Below, piece after piece: positions 40,601-49,440 of a stretch of DNA of 64,000 nt. A model generated the notes under the pieces. The model did no database searches, was not told where the DNA came from, and saw only the letters and a program-made list of their open reading frames with translations. The position numbers and the translations under genes are program-made. The stretch is from Clostridia bacterium (lineage in GTDB: Bacteria > Bacillota > Clostridia > Christensenellales > CAG-917). The stretch is taken from positions 5,655 through 69,654 of the forward strand of contig JAKSOR010000003.1 in the NCBI GenBank assembly GCA_024405515.1, read 5' to 3'. The stretch's first letter is position 1, and each line of letters begins with the position of its first letter.

Positions 40601-41065
40601 GGTGTTTCAGCGAAAAAGAAGATTAATATTGATATGAAAATTGATGCTCCGGCATATATAAAATCCGGGTATGTCAGTGCTAAGGATAAAATCAGGATTT
40701 ATAAGCGGATAGCTGTTATTTCATCTTCAAGCGAAAGGGATGAACTTATAAAGGAAATGACAGAAATTTACGGTCCTGTGGATGGTGCACTGATAAATCT
40801 TATTAATATTTCCCTTTTAAAAAACCTGGCCTCCCATTTCAGTGTTGCCAAGATAGTGATAAACGGCAATGGTGCAGGTGTCACTTTTGAGGATGCTGAC
40901 ATTTTCAAAGATGAAACACTGATGACTGCTGTCAGCGATAACAGCGACAGTGTGGTGCTTACAACAACCATGCCGCCGGCTTTAATTTTTAATGTTAAAA
41001 ATTACAAAGCGGATGAAAAAATTGTAAAAGTTCTTGAATTTTTCCGTAAGATTATTGAAAAATAA
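37634..41065 (+). CDS. mfd: transcription-repair coupling factor Mfd
   Basis: 1143 aa. TTG start after ggag. CarD-like GDYVVHKVHGVG, helicase motifs DVGFGKTEVA and DEEQRFGV, and the TRG motif region. The pth-mfd adjacency is conserved. Confidence 0.93.
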   Translation: MITPQSLRLHEIKELGRLENLYENRRADKKLSAVSVVRMTEGCKIHIISQLNLRRIIVVSDSLAAKALTRKLRSWGLKVSYMPYRDDVLIPRVGFSVQYVRERMKTLSDIITGNTDAVVTCIDTLLQLFPKRELIEKYSLRITFDSRITPQEAAVKLALAGYTCQDIVQEEGDFAVRGDILDIYSADGNAYRINFFDDSIESIKQINPGNMLPVADMDSVFVPPLSDIILDEKGAEEAKAGLGEHLGNKHAMDAYEQIHEGAIDPSLVWTIPFSRSCCTSFLEFLNDGIPSELIFDEHKVVYEKLCILLKETESRTKTLLEAGEILEEHRKSYLTKDDFMLDIIPWNKMSFSSALCQNNIFIPLTLIEPKSVPVTKYYLDFRNLITDIRNFQVNKIKIIFACGSKEHAKNMINHLYESGIEAAFSENGDDPHSVICTPLNIETGVIYPHSGVCLIGTSECIGKNTQEVVKYQKAHFIAPKAGDYVVHKVHGVGICEGTTIIKTGEFEKEYIVLKYRDGDTLYVPSDQTDNLQKFVGDENPRINKLGGAEFEREKNKVKASVKKLAFDLVQLYAKRESEKGFVYSEDTIWQKEFEDSFEYDETPDQLSAIRDIKDDMEHGKLMDRLVVGDVGFGKTEVAFRAIFKTVFDGKQAVLLAPTTILARQHYENLIPRLEPFGIKCCLLTRLQTAAEKDEILRGLKDGSVHIVIATHMVLSKNVDFNDLGILVLDEEQRFGVGHKESLKNKYPLINVLTLSATPIPRTLNMSLTGLRDISMLETPPQGRLPVQTYVSEYSDALCVDAITREMARNGQVLILCNDIAELDPFAEKLRDLCPGTPRIVTAHGQMAPQNLESRIAAFYDKKYDVLIATTIIENGIDLPDANTLIVIDSNRFGLSQLYQLRGRVGRRGVLAHAYFTLDSKTRLTADAEKRLTTLLDNTEIGSGFKIALSDLSIRGAGNILGAEQSGHISKVGYEMYLEILNETIQEIKTGVSAKKKINIDMKIDAPAYIKSGYVSAKDKIRIYKRIAVISSSSERDELIKEMTEIYGPVDGALINLINISLLKNLASHFSVAKIVINGNGAGVTFEDADIFKDETLMTAVSDNSDSVVLTTTMPPALIFNVKNYKADEKIVKVLEFFRKIIEK

Positions 41066-41166
41066 TCTCCCCGACTTTTTCTTTCCCGATTTCAAAACGC
41101 TTGCACATGCACGTTTATGCGTGTATAATAGACATACTATTGTTATTTATTCATATGGAGATAGAT

Positions 41167-43530
41167 ATGAAAAGAAAAATTATTGTCATCTTATCAGTGA
41201 TTTTGCTGATTTCAATCACGGTAACAATGCTTGCCGGATGTGATCAGATATTCACAAAGAACGATAAGAGAGATGCCGAGCAGGTTGTGGCAACAGTCAG
41301 TTACGGCGGTCAGACAGCAGATGTCTATAAGTTTGAGCTGGAGGCAAGTTTCAACAACTATGCTTACTACTACACTTATTACTACGGAATGACTTATGAA
41401 GAAGCTGCAGACTATATTGTAAAATCTCTCGCACAGCAGAAACTCCTCACACTTTATGCAATTGAGCAGGTTTCGAACAAGAAAGGAATTGCAATCCCAT
41501 CAGATATTTCCGTTCTTCTCTCATCAGCAGAAAAAGACCATGCAATCAAAGATGTAAACAAGAGCCTCCTTTCTTCATTAAAGACAATTGTCGAGGCTGC
41601 AATTAATGAGGATAACTACAATAAAGCAGACAAGTCAGAAGAGACCGAAGAAGAAAAGATTGCAGATGATGCTGCAACAATTTATGTAAAGTTCAACTCA
41701 AACGGCGGCAGTGAAGTAACAAAGCAGAAACTCAAAGCAGGACAGAAAGCAACTGAGCCTGATGTTCCTACATATGACGGATATATGTTCTATGGCTGGT
41801 ATGATAACGCAGAGTTTGACGGAGAAAAAATTGATTTCAAAGAAGTTAAATTCACACAGACAACAACACTCTTTGCAAAATGGGAAAAATACCTTGCACC
41901 AAGAACAGTAAAACCTGAAGAAGAGGATGATGAGGATGCTGATTATGATCCGGAAGGAACTGTTGATAATATCTCAGCAACATTCTTCGAAGAAGAATAT
42001 CAGAATACTCTCTACGATGAATTCAAAGGCGAGGAATTTGTAAAAGACATGATGGTTGCTGAAGGTTCCAATGCTGAAAAGGTATTAAAGGACTATATCA
42101 GTGACGGTGTTGCAACATTAAAGAAAAATATGGTTGCAAATCTTCATAAAGACACATATGAGGAATGCTATGCATACTATCTCAATGCACAGTATGAAAC
42201 ATTGATTGTTGAAAGATATAAACGTCAGCTTGGTGATGCTTGCACAGTATCAAACGAAGAAGTAAATGCAGAATTTAACAGACTCGTTCAGAATAACATT
42301 GAGAAATTCGGAAAATCAGAAACCGCATACTCCACAGCACTCACAAGTTCACTCAGCACAACTTATTATCATCCGTTTACAGTAGATGCAAACAATTCCG
42401 GTTACGGATTTGTTAACAATATTCTTCTCAAACTTAATCAGGAAGATGTAAACAAACTTCTTGAGATGGTTAAGAATAATCCATCAAACAAAAAGGCAAT
42501 TGAGATTGAGCGTAACAGATTAATCTCAAAGATGGAAATAAATATTTCCAATCCGTCATACTACAATGGTGATGACAAGACCGATATCGAGAATGAACTT
42601 AAGGATGCCGATATTGAAATCATCGATCCTATGACAGATCCTAACAACAAGTATAACAATGTCAACCCTGATGGTTCAAAAGCCGATGCGGCAAAGGACA
42701 CAAAGTATGAAAAAGACGGCGGAAACAATTACGAACAGATTATCGAGTTCAAGAATGTTGATGGTAAGTGGCAGATTGTTTATAACGCAACAGAAGCCCC
42801 TACAATGCCTTATCTTTTAAATGCTTGGCCGGCATTTGATCTTGATGGTAAAACAGGTATCATCCATCAGATTCAGAACACATTTGACCAGGTAAGAACA
42901 GCGGGCCTTTCTGTAGAGGAAACTGTGTACTGGCTCAGAGAAGTTGCAACAGAATGGTTATATCTTGTAGGAGATGATGCAGGTTCTCTCTCAACAGATT
43001 CCAATAACAACGGACTCGGATATCTTGTAACACCGGATGGAAAAGATTCTTCCTTCATCACAGGATTCACGGAATATGCAAGAGAACTTATTAAAGACGG
43101 AACAGGTTCTTCTACAGTAAGTGCTCCGGTTTACAGCGAGGCTGATGAAAAGGGAGTTATTGCCGGAGATAAAACAGGATATGTAGTAGCAGACAGCTTT
43201 ATTGAAAGTGGTTCAACAGCTTCTTCAGGATATGCAGGCGTGTTCGTTCTTCTCTGCAGCTATAAGGCATGGGACGCATCACTTTACAATAATTATTCAG
43301 GCAATACTTTAGGAGATGGCAATACACTTCCTTCAGATTACATTATCACATTTGCTGAGAGCAAAGAGGATGCAAAGACTATCAGAGCCGAAATAAAAGA
43401 TTCACTCCTTGAGAGCAAAAAGGCAGATGCATATTCAGTTGCAGTAAATACAATGACTGCAGAAAACGAAGGAAATATTCAGTATTTCAACAAGGTATAC
43501 AAATCAATCTGGAAAGACCTTGAAAAATAA
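41167..43530 (+). CDS. large lipoprotein with SurA/PrsA-N-terminal-like region and an inserted Listeria-Bacteroides (Flg_new) repeat
   Basis: ATG at 41167 after ggaga. Lipobox LAGC. VATVSYGGQTADVYKFELE resembles PrsA/SurA N-termini. IYVKFNSNGGSEV...YDGYMFYGWYDN is a Flg_new repeat. I did not recognise a clear parvulin rotamase motif. Confidence 0.45.
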   Translation: MKRKIIVILSVILLISITVTMLAGCDQIFTKNDKRDAEQVVATVSYGGQTADVYKFELEASFNNYAYYYTYYYGMTYEEAADYIVKSLAQQKLLTLYAIEQVSNKKGIAIPSDISVLLSSAEKDHAIKDVNKSLLSSLKTIVEAAINEDNYNKADKSEETEEEKIADDAATIYVKFNSNGGSEVTKQKLKAGQKATEPDVPTYDGYMFYGWYDNAEFDGEKIDFKEVKFTQTTTLFAKWEKYLAPRTVKPEEEDDEDADYDPEGTVDNISATFFEEEYQNTLYDEFKGEEFVKDMMVAEGSNAEKVLKDYISDGVATLKKNMVANLHKDTYEECYAYYLNAQYETLIVERYKRQLGDACTVSNEEVNAEFNRLVQNNIEKFGKSETAYSTALTSSLSTTYYHPFTVDANNSGYGFVNNILLKLNQEDVNKLLEMVKNNPSNKKAIEIERNRLISKMEINISNPSYYNGDDKTDIENELKDADIEIIDPMTDPNNKYNNVNPDGSKADAAKDTKYEKDGGNNYEQIIEFKNVDGKWQIVYNATEAPTMPYLLNAWPAFDLDGKTGIIHQIQNTFDQVRTAGLSVEETVYWLREVATEWLYLVGDDAGSLSTDSNNNGLGYLVTPDGKDSSFITGFTEYARELIKDGTGSSTVSAPVYSEADEKGVIAGDKTGYVVADSFIESGSTASSGYAGVFVLLCSYKAWDASLYNNYSGNTLGDGNTLPSDYIITFAESKEDAKTIRAEIKDSLLESKKADAYSVAVNTMTAENEGNIQYFNKVYKSIWKDLEK

Positions 43531-43546
43531 AATACAATGATTTTTT

Positions 43547-43568
43547 AAGACCCGGTTTTCCGGGTCTT
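43547..43568 (+). terminator. terminator hairpin
   Basis: aagacccgg (43547-43555) pairs with ccgggtctt (43560-43568) with loop tttt. The downstream T-tract is weak. Confidence 0.55.
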
Positions 43569-43592
43569 ATATTATCTATAAGAGAGACAATA

Positions 43593-44360
43593 ATGGCGGG
43601 ATATGTAATATTTACAGATGGTTCGGCAGAATTATATGAAGGATTTTTTAAGAAATATCCGGTTTCCGTGATACCTATTCTGGTCGATGAAAAAGGTTAT
43701 CACCCTGTGTCTCCTAAAATTGCGAATGACAGCATGGAGGCAGCTCTTTTAGAAGGTTCCGATGTGCTTTATATCGGAATGAGTTCCAAGATATCAAGCA
43801 GCTTTGAGGTCGTTGAATATCTTGCCAAGGGACTCAGAATCAAATATCCGGAGAGACAGATAGAATTTGTAGACAGCCTTACCAGTTCCTGTTCGCTCGG
43901 GCTTTTAGTATATTTAGCCGCAAAGATGAGAAAAGAAGGGAAATCGCTTTCGGAAACTGCTGGATGGATAGAAGCTAACAAGAAAAGAATCAAGAATATG
44001 TTTGTCCTTGATTCACCTTCTGACTGCGAGTATCTGACTCCTGGCGGGGCGAAGAGTTCCCAGCTTGATATAAGGCAGATATTCGGAATAGAAAACGGAA
44101 CGCTTACTGTTGTTGGCAAAACAATAGGCAGGAAGAAGGCTCTTTCAGAGATGGCAAGAATCATGAAAGATGAAGCTGATCCTTCAGCGGATTTTGTGGT
44201 AGTGGAGTATATTGCTCAGAAAATGGAAGCAGAGAATTTCGCTGATAAGATAAAAGAAACAATACCGGGCATCAGTGTAAAGATTATTGAGGCAAATAAA
44301 TTCGTAAGCCATCAGCTCTCATCGGACGGACTCGGAATAGCTTATATTTCAAAAGAATAA
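43593..44360 (+). CDS. DegV-family fatty-acid-binding protein (probable)
   Basis: N-terminal VIFTDGSAEL, the GMSSKISSSF region (compare DegV SSxLSGTY) and ~255 aa. Confidence 0.5.
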   Translation: MAGYVIFTDGSAELYEGFFKKYPVSVIPILVDEKGYHPVSPKIANDSMEAALLEGSDVLYIGMSSKISSSFEVVEYLAKGLRIKYPERQIEFVDSLTSSCSLGLLVYLAAKMRKEGKSLSETAGWIEANKKRIKNMFVLDSPSDCEYLTPGGAKSSQLDIRQIFGIENGTLTVVGKTIGRKKALSEMARIMKDEADPSADFVVVEYIAQKMEAENFADKIKETIPGISVKIIEANKFVSHQLSSDGLGIAYISKE

Positions 44361-44372
44361 AACTGGAAATTA

Positions 44373-45035
44373 TTATCGCACTGCGAACCTGTATTCAGGT
44401 TCGTTTTTCTTTTTGAATGATTCGCAGAATAAAATCAGCAGGAGCTGAGCTTCAGGATAGAAGTACCATACGATGCCATGGAGACCCGAGTAGATATTAA
44501 GCATATCAAGGAATATCCAGATATCTGTAAGATAGAATAAGAGAATTGCGAACGGAAGGAAAATAATACGGGCACCTTTATCGCTGAAACTATAAGAGAA
44601 GTTGCTTACAATATTCCATCCGATAATTGCTATGTAGATTAGAATCAGCACAAGCATTCCGTACTGAGGATCATCAGAAAGACACGCAAATACAAACAGA
44701 ATGACTGCTGATATTACAGTCAGAACTAGTCCTAAATAGAAACCTGCATTTTTGTATTTATAACCATATTGCTTAGTTAATGATGTGAAACAGGTAGCAT
44801 AAACTATGTGTGCTGCAATAAAGAAGGCTGCTCCCGGTATGCCTGAAACAGTGGAACCGAGGCCGAAAGCATCTGTCATAAAGATATCACCGAGAGAAGA
44901 AAGCAGCATCGCAATCATGACTTTTTTTCTTGCATAGGTTCTGAATACCAAAAAGAGTATAATGGAGATTATACTTAAAATTGCTGTCATGATCCATTTT
45001 GAATACTGCGGTAATACCGGGAATGCTTCTATCAT
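44373..45035 (-). CDS. YhhN-family (lysoplasmalogenase-like) membrane protein (probable)
   Basis: 220 aa with about 7-8 TM helices. LLSSLGDIFMTD and LFYLTDIWIFLD resemble the two YhhN xSxxGDxxL / xSDxxxA motifs. Confidence 0.45.
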   Translation of the reverse strand: MIEAFPVLPQYSKWIMTAILSIISIILFLVFRTYARKKVMIAMLLSSLGDIFMTDAFGLGSTVSGIPGAAFFIAAHIVYATCFTSLTKQYGYKYKNAGFYLGLVLTVISAVILFVFACLSDDPQYGMLVLILIYIAIIGWNIVSNFSYSFSDKGARIIFLPFAILLFYLTDIWIFLDMLNIYSGLHGIVWYFYPEAQLLLILFCESFKKKNEPEYRFAVR

Positions 45036-45161
45036 AGTGAATAGATTCTAACAAATTAATTTAATAAAATCAATATCGAGCAAAGCTGTCCGCTATTTAC
45101 TTAATATAATTATTAAAGTATAATAAACACATTATTCAACAAACGCATATGCGAGGGAATT

Positions 45162-47099
45162 ATGGGAAAAACAAAAGAACCGGCATCAGAAATGCTGGAT
45201 GAGAAAGGAAGAAAACCATTAAAACTTAATTATGGTATTACTTTCAAAGTAGGTTTTGCTTTTGCAATAGTTCAGATTTTCTGGACAGCATACGACTTTG
45301 TCGTACCGCTTCTTCTTGAAGGAGCATACGGACTTCCGTCCTGGGCACGTGGTCTTATTATGGGACTTGATAACCTTCTTGCCTTATTTATGCTTCCTCT
45401 TTTCGGAAAAATTTCAGATAATGCAAAAGGTAAACTGGCAAAGAAATTCGGAAGGAGAACTCCGTTTATTTTAATAGGTACAATATGTGCGGCGGTTCTT
45501 ATGGTGTTTGTCCCGGTGGCAACCCTTAATCAGCAGAAGGCTGCAACGGAATATGTCAATACCCAGATTGAGGCAAGACTGGATGACGATGCATTTATGA
45601 CGGATACTCTCACATATCTTTATGAGAGTGGAAACGCAAACTACTGTGACAGGGATTATCTTGAGATGAATGGCGTCACAAAGGAAGACTTTGTGTCAAT
45701 CCGTAATTACAGCAAGATGTCATCTAAGAAGGCAGTATTAAATCTTATCGGAGCTGTTACATATTCATATGACGGACAGGCGATAGATGATGTCAATGCG
45801 GTATGCCCTGAAACAGGAAAAACATATCAGCAGATGATAGATTCCAATGACTTATACAAAAAATATGCTCAGAACGGTATAGAAAACTATGAATCAGACC
45901 AGGTATTTGAGAGATATACAAAATCAGATGCCGGAATAAAGAGCCTCGTTGTTTATATGGTTATTCTTCTCCTCGTTCTGATTGCAATGGCAACATTCAG
46001 AAGTCCTGCAGTTGCTCTTATGCCGGATGTCACTCCAAAACCGTTAAGATCCCAGGCAAATGCTGTTATTAACCTTTGCGGAGGTGTGGGCGGTGCAATT
46101 GCGTTCTTAATTTACACGGTTGTGTTATTCGGTGAAAGACTCTCTAACTATATCATTATATTCTCATCAGTAGCAGCAGGAATGCTTCTGCTTCTTGCAG
46201 GATTCCTTGCTCTTGTAAAAGAGAAGAAACTTGTAGAAAGATGTCAGCAAATCTGTAAGGAATACGAAATTGATGACTTTGCAGAAGGTGAAAATGAGGA
46301 AGCAAAAGAATTTGCCGAGTCTCTTATTAATGAAGGAGAGAAAGTTTCCGAAGAGACTTACAATGCAGCTAAGGAAGTTGTTGAGAATTCAAAGAAAAAG
46401 AAGAATCCTAAAGAATGGTGGAGTCTCAAGACAAAGGATGAAAAATCAAAACTTGTGTCATTCTGGCTCATACTTGCATCCATCTTCATGTGGTTTATGG
46501 GATATAACGCTGTATCTTCAAACCTCTCCGTATATTCTACAAAAGGCCTTAACCTTTCTGCAGGAATAGCCTCGATTATTTCCGGCGTATCAATGGGTAT
46601 CTCGGCTATAGCATTCATTCCTGTTGGATATATGGCAGCAAAGATAGGAAGAAGAAAATCAATTATGATTGGTTATGCGCTTGCTGTTGTTTCATTTATC
46701 CTTATCTGCTTTGCAATCATGCAGGGTCAGGAAGCATCACTTAAGACAGTTCTTTTCACACTGTTCTATCTTATTGCAGGATTCGGTCTTATCATCGCAA
46801 ACGTCAATACATTCCCGATGGTAACAGAACTTTCCACAGCAGAAACGGTCGGAGCGTATACCGGATACTATTATGTTGCAACGATGTCTGCCCAGGCAAT
46901 TACACCGTTTATTGCCGGTCTTGTCATGGATTATGTTCAGGATAAATATCTCTTCTTGTACAGTGCAGTATGTATTGTAATTGCAATCATTCTTATGTGC
47001 TTTGTAAAACACGGAGACAGCATTCAGCTTGCAAAAGGAAGAAAGCTTTCCAAGGAAGAAAAGAAACAGATAAGACTTGATTCAATGGATGCGGATTAA
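45162..47099 (+). CDS. MFS transporter (GPH/SLC45-like) with two large hydrophilic insertions
   Basis: FGRRTPFILIG after TM2 is a GPH-type motif, and there are 12 hydrophobic segments. ~140-aa and ~75-aa charged loops interrupt the fold. Confidence 0.6.
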   Translation: MGKTKEPASEMLDEKGRKPLKLNYGITFKVGFAFAIVQIFWTAYDFVVPLLLEGAYGLPSWARGLIMGLDNLLALFMLPLFGKISDNAKGKLAKKFGRRTPFILIGTICAAVLMVFVPVATLNQQKAATEYVNTQIEARLDDDAFMTDTLTYLYESGNANYCDRDYLEMNGVTKEDFVSIRNYSKMSSKKAVLNLIGAVTYSYDGQAIDDVNAVCPETGKTYQQMIDSNDLYKKYAQNGIENYESDQVFERYTKSDAGIKSLVVYMVILLLVLIAMATFRSPAVALMPDVTPKPLRSQANAVINLCGGVGGAIAFLIYTVVLFGERLSNYIIIFSSVAAGMLLLLAGFLALVKEKKLVERCQQICKEYEIDDFAEGENEEAKEFAESLINEGEKVSEETYNAAKEVVENSKKKKNPKEWWSLKTKDEKSKLVSFWLILASIFMWFMGYNAVSSNLSVYSTKGLNLSAGIASIISGVSMGISAIAFIPVGYMAAKIGRRKSIMIGYALAVVSFILICFAIMQGQEASLKTVLFTLFYLIAGFGLIIANVNTFPMVTELSTAETVGAYTGYYYVATMSAQAITPFIAGLVMDYVQDKYLFLYSAVCIVIAIILMCFVKHGDSIQLAKGRKLSKEEKKQIRLDSMDAD

Positions 47100-47121
47100 T
47101 AAATAAACATAATATTTCATG

Positions 47122-47153
47122 AGGCTGTTCTGCAACGGACAGCCTTATTTTAT
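47122..47153 (+). terminator. intrinsic terminator after the MFS gene
   Basis: aggctgt (47122-47128) pairs with acagcct (47139-47145), followed by tattttatt. Confidence 0.6.
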
Positions 47154-47362
47154 TGTCGTCTAGGAAAATTCTTTTTCTAAATTTAACCAAATTCAATCAT
47201 ATTCATCTTGTTTTTTAAACTTTTCTGAGAAAATCAATGTTCCAAAACAGACATTCAGGCCTTATTGAAGCTTTATTCACATATTGCAGAAACATAATCA
47301 TTCCATTGCCAATATATATGATAATGTTCGTTTAGAAAGTTATATGAAATAATAACGGCGAG

Positions 47363-47944
47363 TTAAACGGGAATAAATCCGTAACAGAGGAGACCTAAAA
47401 CAGCAGATATAAGAATCAGAATTATAGGGGAGATTTTTCTCCCTTTAATTTTAATAAATGATAATCCGAAAAGGATGGCAAACAGTCCTAAACCTATATA
47501 ATCGGCAGATGCTTTTGAAGTATCATAAACACTTGAAATTCCGAAAAGAACGAGCATAAAGAGGGAAATAAGGACAGCCGTGAGCAATCCGGTAACAGAT
47601 GAACGTATATAACCAAATACTTCTCCTACAGCCTGTTTTTTCATCAGTGAAGCAAACAGCAGGGCAATAAGCGTAATTATGATAATGGAAGGAAGAACAA
47701 CGCCTATGGTTGAACAGAGCGCTCCCAGAACCCCTGCAGTCTGTACGCCGGTATAAGTTGATATATTTACGGCAAATGTTCCAGGAGTCGATTCTGATAT
47801 CGCTATAAAGTCTATAAGATCGGTTTCTGAAATCCAGCCTCTGGCTGTTACTTCTCTCATAATCATAGGGATCATTGCCTGACCGCCACCAAAAGTAAAG
47901 AGCCCGATTTTAAAGAATGTCCAGAAAAGGTTAAGATAAATCAT
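47363..47944 (-). CDS. chrA: chromate transporter family protein (short-chain CHR, second half)
   Basis: FFKIGLFTFGGGQAMIPMI is the CHR signature. 193 aa. ATGA-type 4-nt overlap with the upstream partner. Confidence 0.8.
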   Translation of the reverse strand: MIYLNLFWTFFKIGLFTFGGGQAMIPMIMREVTARGWISETDLIDFIAISESTPGTFAVNISTYTGVQTAGVLGALCSTIGVVLPSIIIITLIALLFASLMKKQAVGEVFGYIRSSVTGLLTAVLISLFMLVLFGISSVYDTSKASADYIGLGLFAILFGLSFIKIKGRKISPIILILISAVLGLLCYGFIPV

Positions 47945-48654
47945 TTTTCACCCTCCCTGGAAATTTTAATATTATTCTCTGTGCATGCTTTTTCACAGAT
48001 GTATTCATCTTTTCCGAGTTTCTTGCCTGTTACTTCGGAATAGTATTCCTGAGTTCCGAGCATATGGAACTTATGGTTGTTTCTGTAAGTGATGAGACAT
48101 ACAGCTATGATGGATATGAAAATGGTTCCGAGTATAACGTAAATAATACTTGTATTCGTCAGGAAAACTATAAGGAAACTTGCTGCAGTGAGAATAAAAG
48201 AAAACAGATTCTTTTTTATGGATTTGAAGAATGAAAGAACAGCTTTTAGGATAAGAACTACGACGCAGACTCTTACGCCCATAAATATTACCTGTATCCA
48301 GTGATTATCCCTGACAAGGTCAATAATAAATGAAACGAGGAGAATTACAAGGAATGACGGTATGACAACTCCGAGGGTAGCAGTAATTCCTCCCAGGATT
48401 CCAAATCTTTTGACTCCGATAAAAGTAGCGGTGTTAATTCCGATAGGTCCAGGAGTGGATTCGGCAATTGCAAAGATATTCATAAGATCTTCTTTTGAAA
48501 CCCAGTGCCTTTTGTCGACTACCTCATCTTCTATCAGGGTAAGCATTGCATAACCACCACCGAAAGTGAAAAGACCTATCTTGAAAAATACCCAAAACAG
48601 TAAAAGGAATTCTTTGATGATATGCTTTTCTGCAGTCTGTTTGCCGTTACTCAT
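47941..48654 (-). CDS. chrA: chromate transporter family protein (short-chain CHR, first half) with ~45-aa C-terminal tail
   Basis: FFKIGLFTFGGGYAMLTLI. 237 aa. The tail after the last TM is HKFHMLGTQEYYSEVTGKKLGKDEYICEKACTENNIKISREGEK. Confidence 0.8.
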   Translation of the reverse strand: MSNGKQTAEKHIIKEFLLLFWVFFKIGLFTFGGGYAMLTLIEDEVVDKRHWVSKEDLMNIFAIAESTPGPIGINTATFIGVKRFGILGGITATLGVVIPSFLVILLVSFIIDLVRDNHWIQVIFMGVRVCVVVLILKAVLSFFKSIKKNLFSFILTAASFLIVFLTNTSIIYVILGTIFISIIAVCLITYRNNHKFHMLGTQEYYSEVTGKKLGKDEYICEKACTENNIKISREGEK

Positions 48655-48744
48655 AATTTAATGATACCATCTGACAGGCGGAGTGTAAAACAAGATTGTT
48701 TTAAGGTTTAATTTTTTCGATATTTGTGGTAAGATAGATATACT

Positions 48745-49440
48745 ATGATTATATGCGGAATTGAAAAGTTTTCTATGGTTGATTATGATACAAAAATTGC
48801 CTGCACGGTTTTTACCGGCGGGTGCAATTTCAGGTGTCCGTTCTGCCATAACGGGGAACTTGTTGTCGGAAATTTCGCAGCGAATCAGATAAGCGAAGAC
48901 TACGTGCTTGATTATCTTGAGAAAAGGAAAGGCCTTGTTGATGCCGTTTGTGTAACCGGCGGGGAGGCTACTCTTCAGAAGGATCTTCCTGAGTTCTATG
49001 AGAAAGTCAGGAAGCTGGGTTATATGACAAAACTCGACACTAATGGGCTCAAACCGGATACATTAAAGTCTCTTATTGACAATAACCTGCTCGATTATGT
49101 TGCGATGGATATTAAGAACAGCAAGGCAAAATATCCGCTAACAACAGGCGTGGAAAATGTTGACATGAGCAAAATTGAGGCGAGCGTGGATATCCTGAAA
49201 TCAGGCGCGGTTGATTATGAGTTCAGGACTACTTTGATAAAAGAATTCCATACCGCCGAGGATATCAAAGAAATCTCCGAGTGGATAAGCGGGGCAAAAA
49301 GATACTTTATGCAGCATTACAAAGATAATGAGGGATGTATCTCACACGGATATACGCCGGTGGAAAAAGCAGAAGCAGAGGAGTTCAAAAAACTCTTTGA
49401 CAATAAAGTACAAATAATAGGAATGAGAGGTTTTAACTAA
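48745..49440 (+). CDS. radical SAM glycyl-radical-enzyme activase, NrdG-like
   Basis: GIEKFSMVDYDTKIACTVFTGGCNFRCPFCHN is the CxxxCxxC cluster in the context typical of the anaerobic RNR activase (NrdG) subfamily. 231 aa. Confidence 0.7.
   Translation: MIICGIEKFSMVDYDTKIACTVFTGGCNFRCPFCHNGELVVGNFAANQISEDYVLDYLEKRKGLVDAVCVTGGEATLQKDLPEFYEKVRKLGYMTKLDTNGLKPDTLKSLIDNNLLDYVAMDIKNSKAKYPLTTGVENVDMSKIEASVDILKSGAVDYEFRTTLIKEFHTAEDIKEISEWISGAKRYFMQHYKDNEGCISHGYTPVEKAEAEEFKKLFDNKVQIIGMRGFN

Noticed and set aside
41101-41166. N-terminal extension (MHMHVYACIIDILLLFIHMEID) of the post-mfd lipoprotein given by the ORF track.
   Set aside because: It begins only 36 nt after the mfd stop and has no SD. The internal ATG at 41167 has a ggaga SD and yields a canonical lipoprotein signal peptide (LAGC).
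47154-47362. About 210 nt of non-coding DNA between the MFS terminator and chrA, considered as a possible sRNA or riboswitch.
   Set aside because: I recognised no conserved riboswitch core, promoter/terminator pair or stable hairpin beyond the MFS terminator. The evidence is insufficient.
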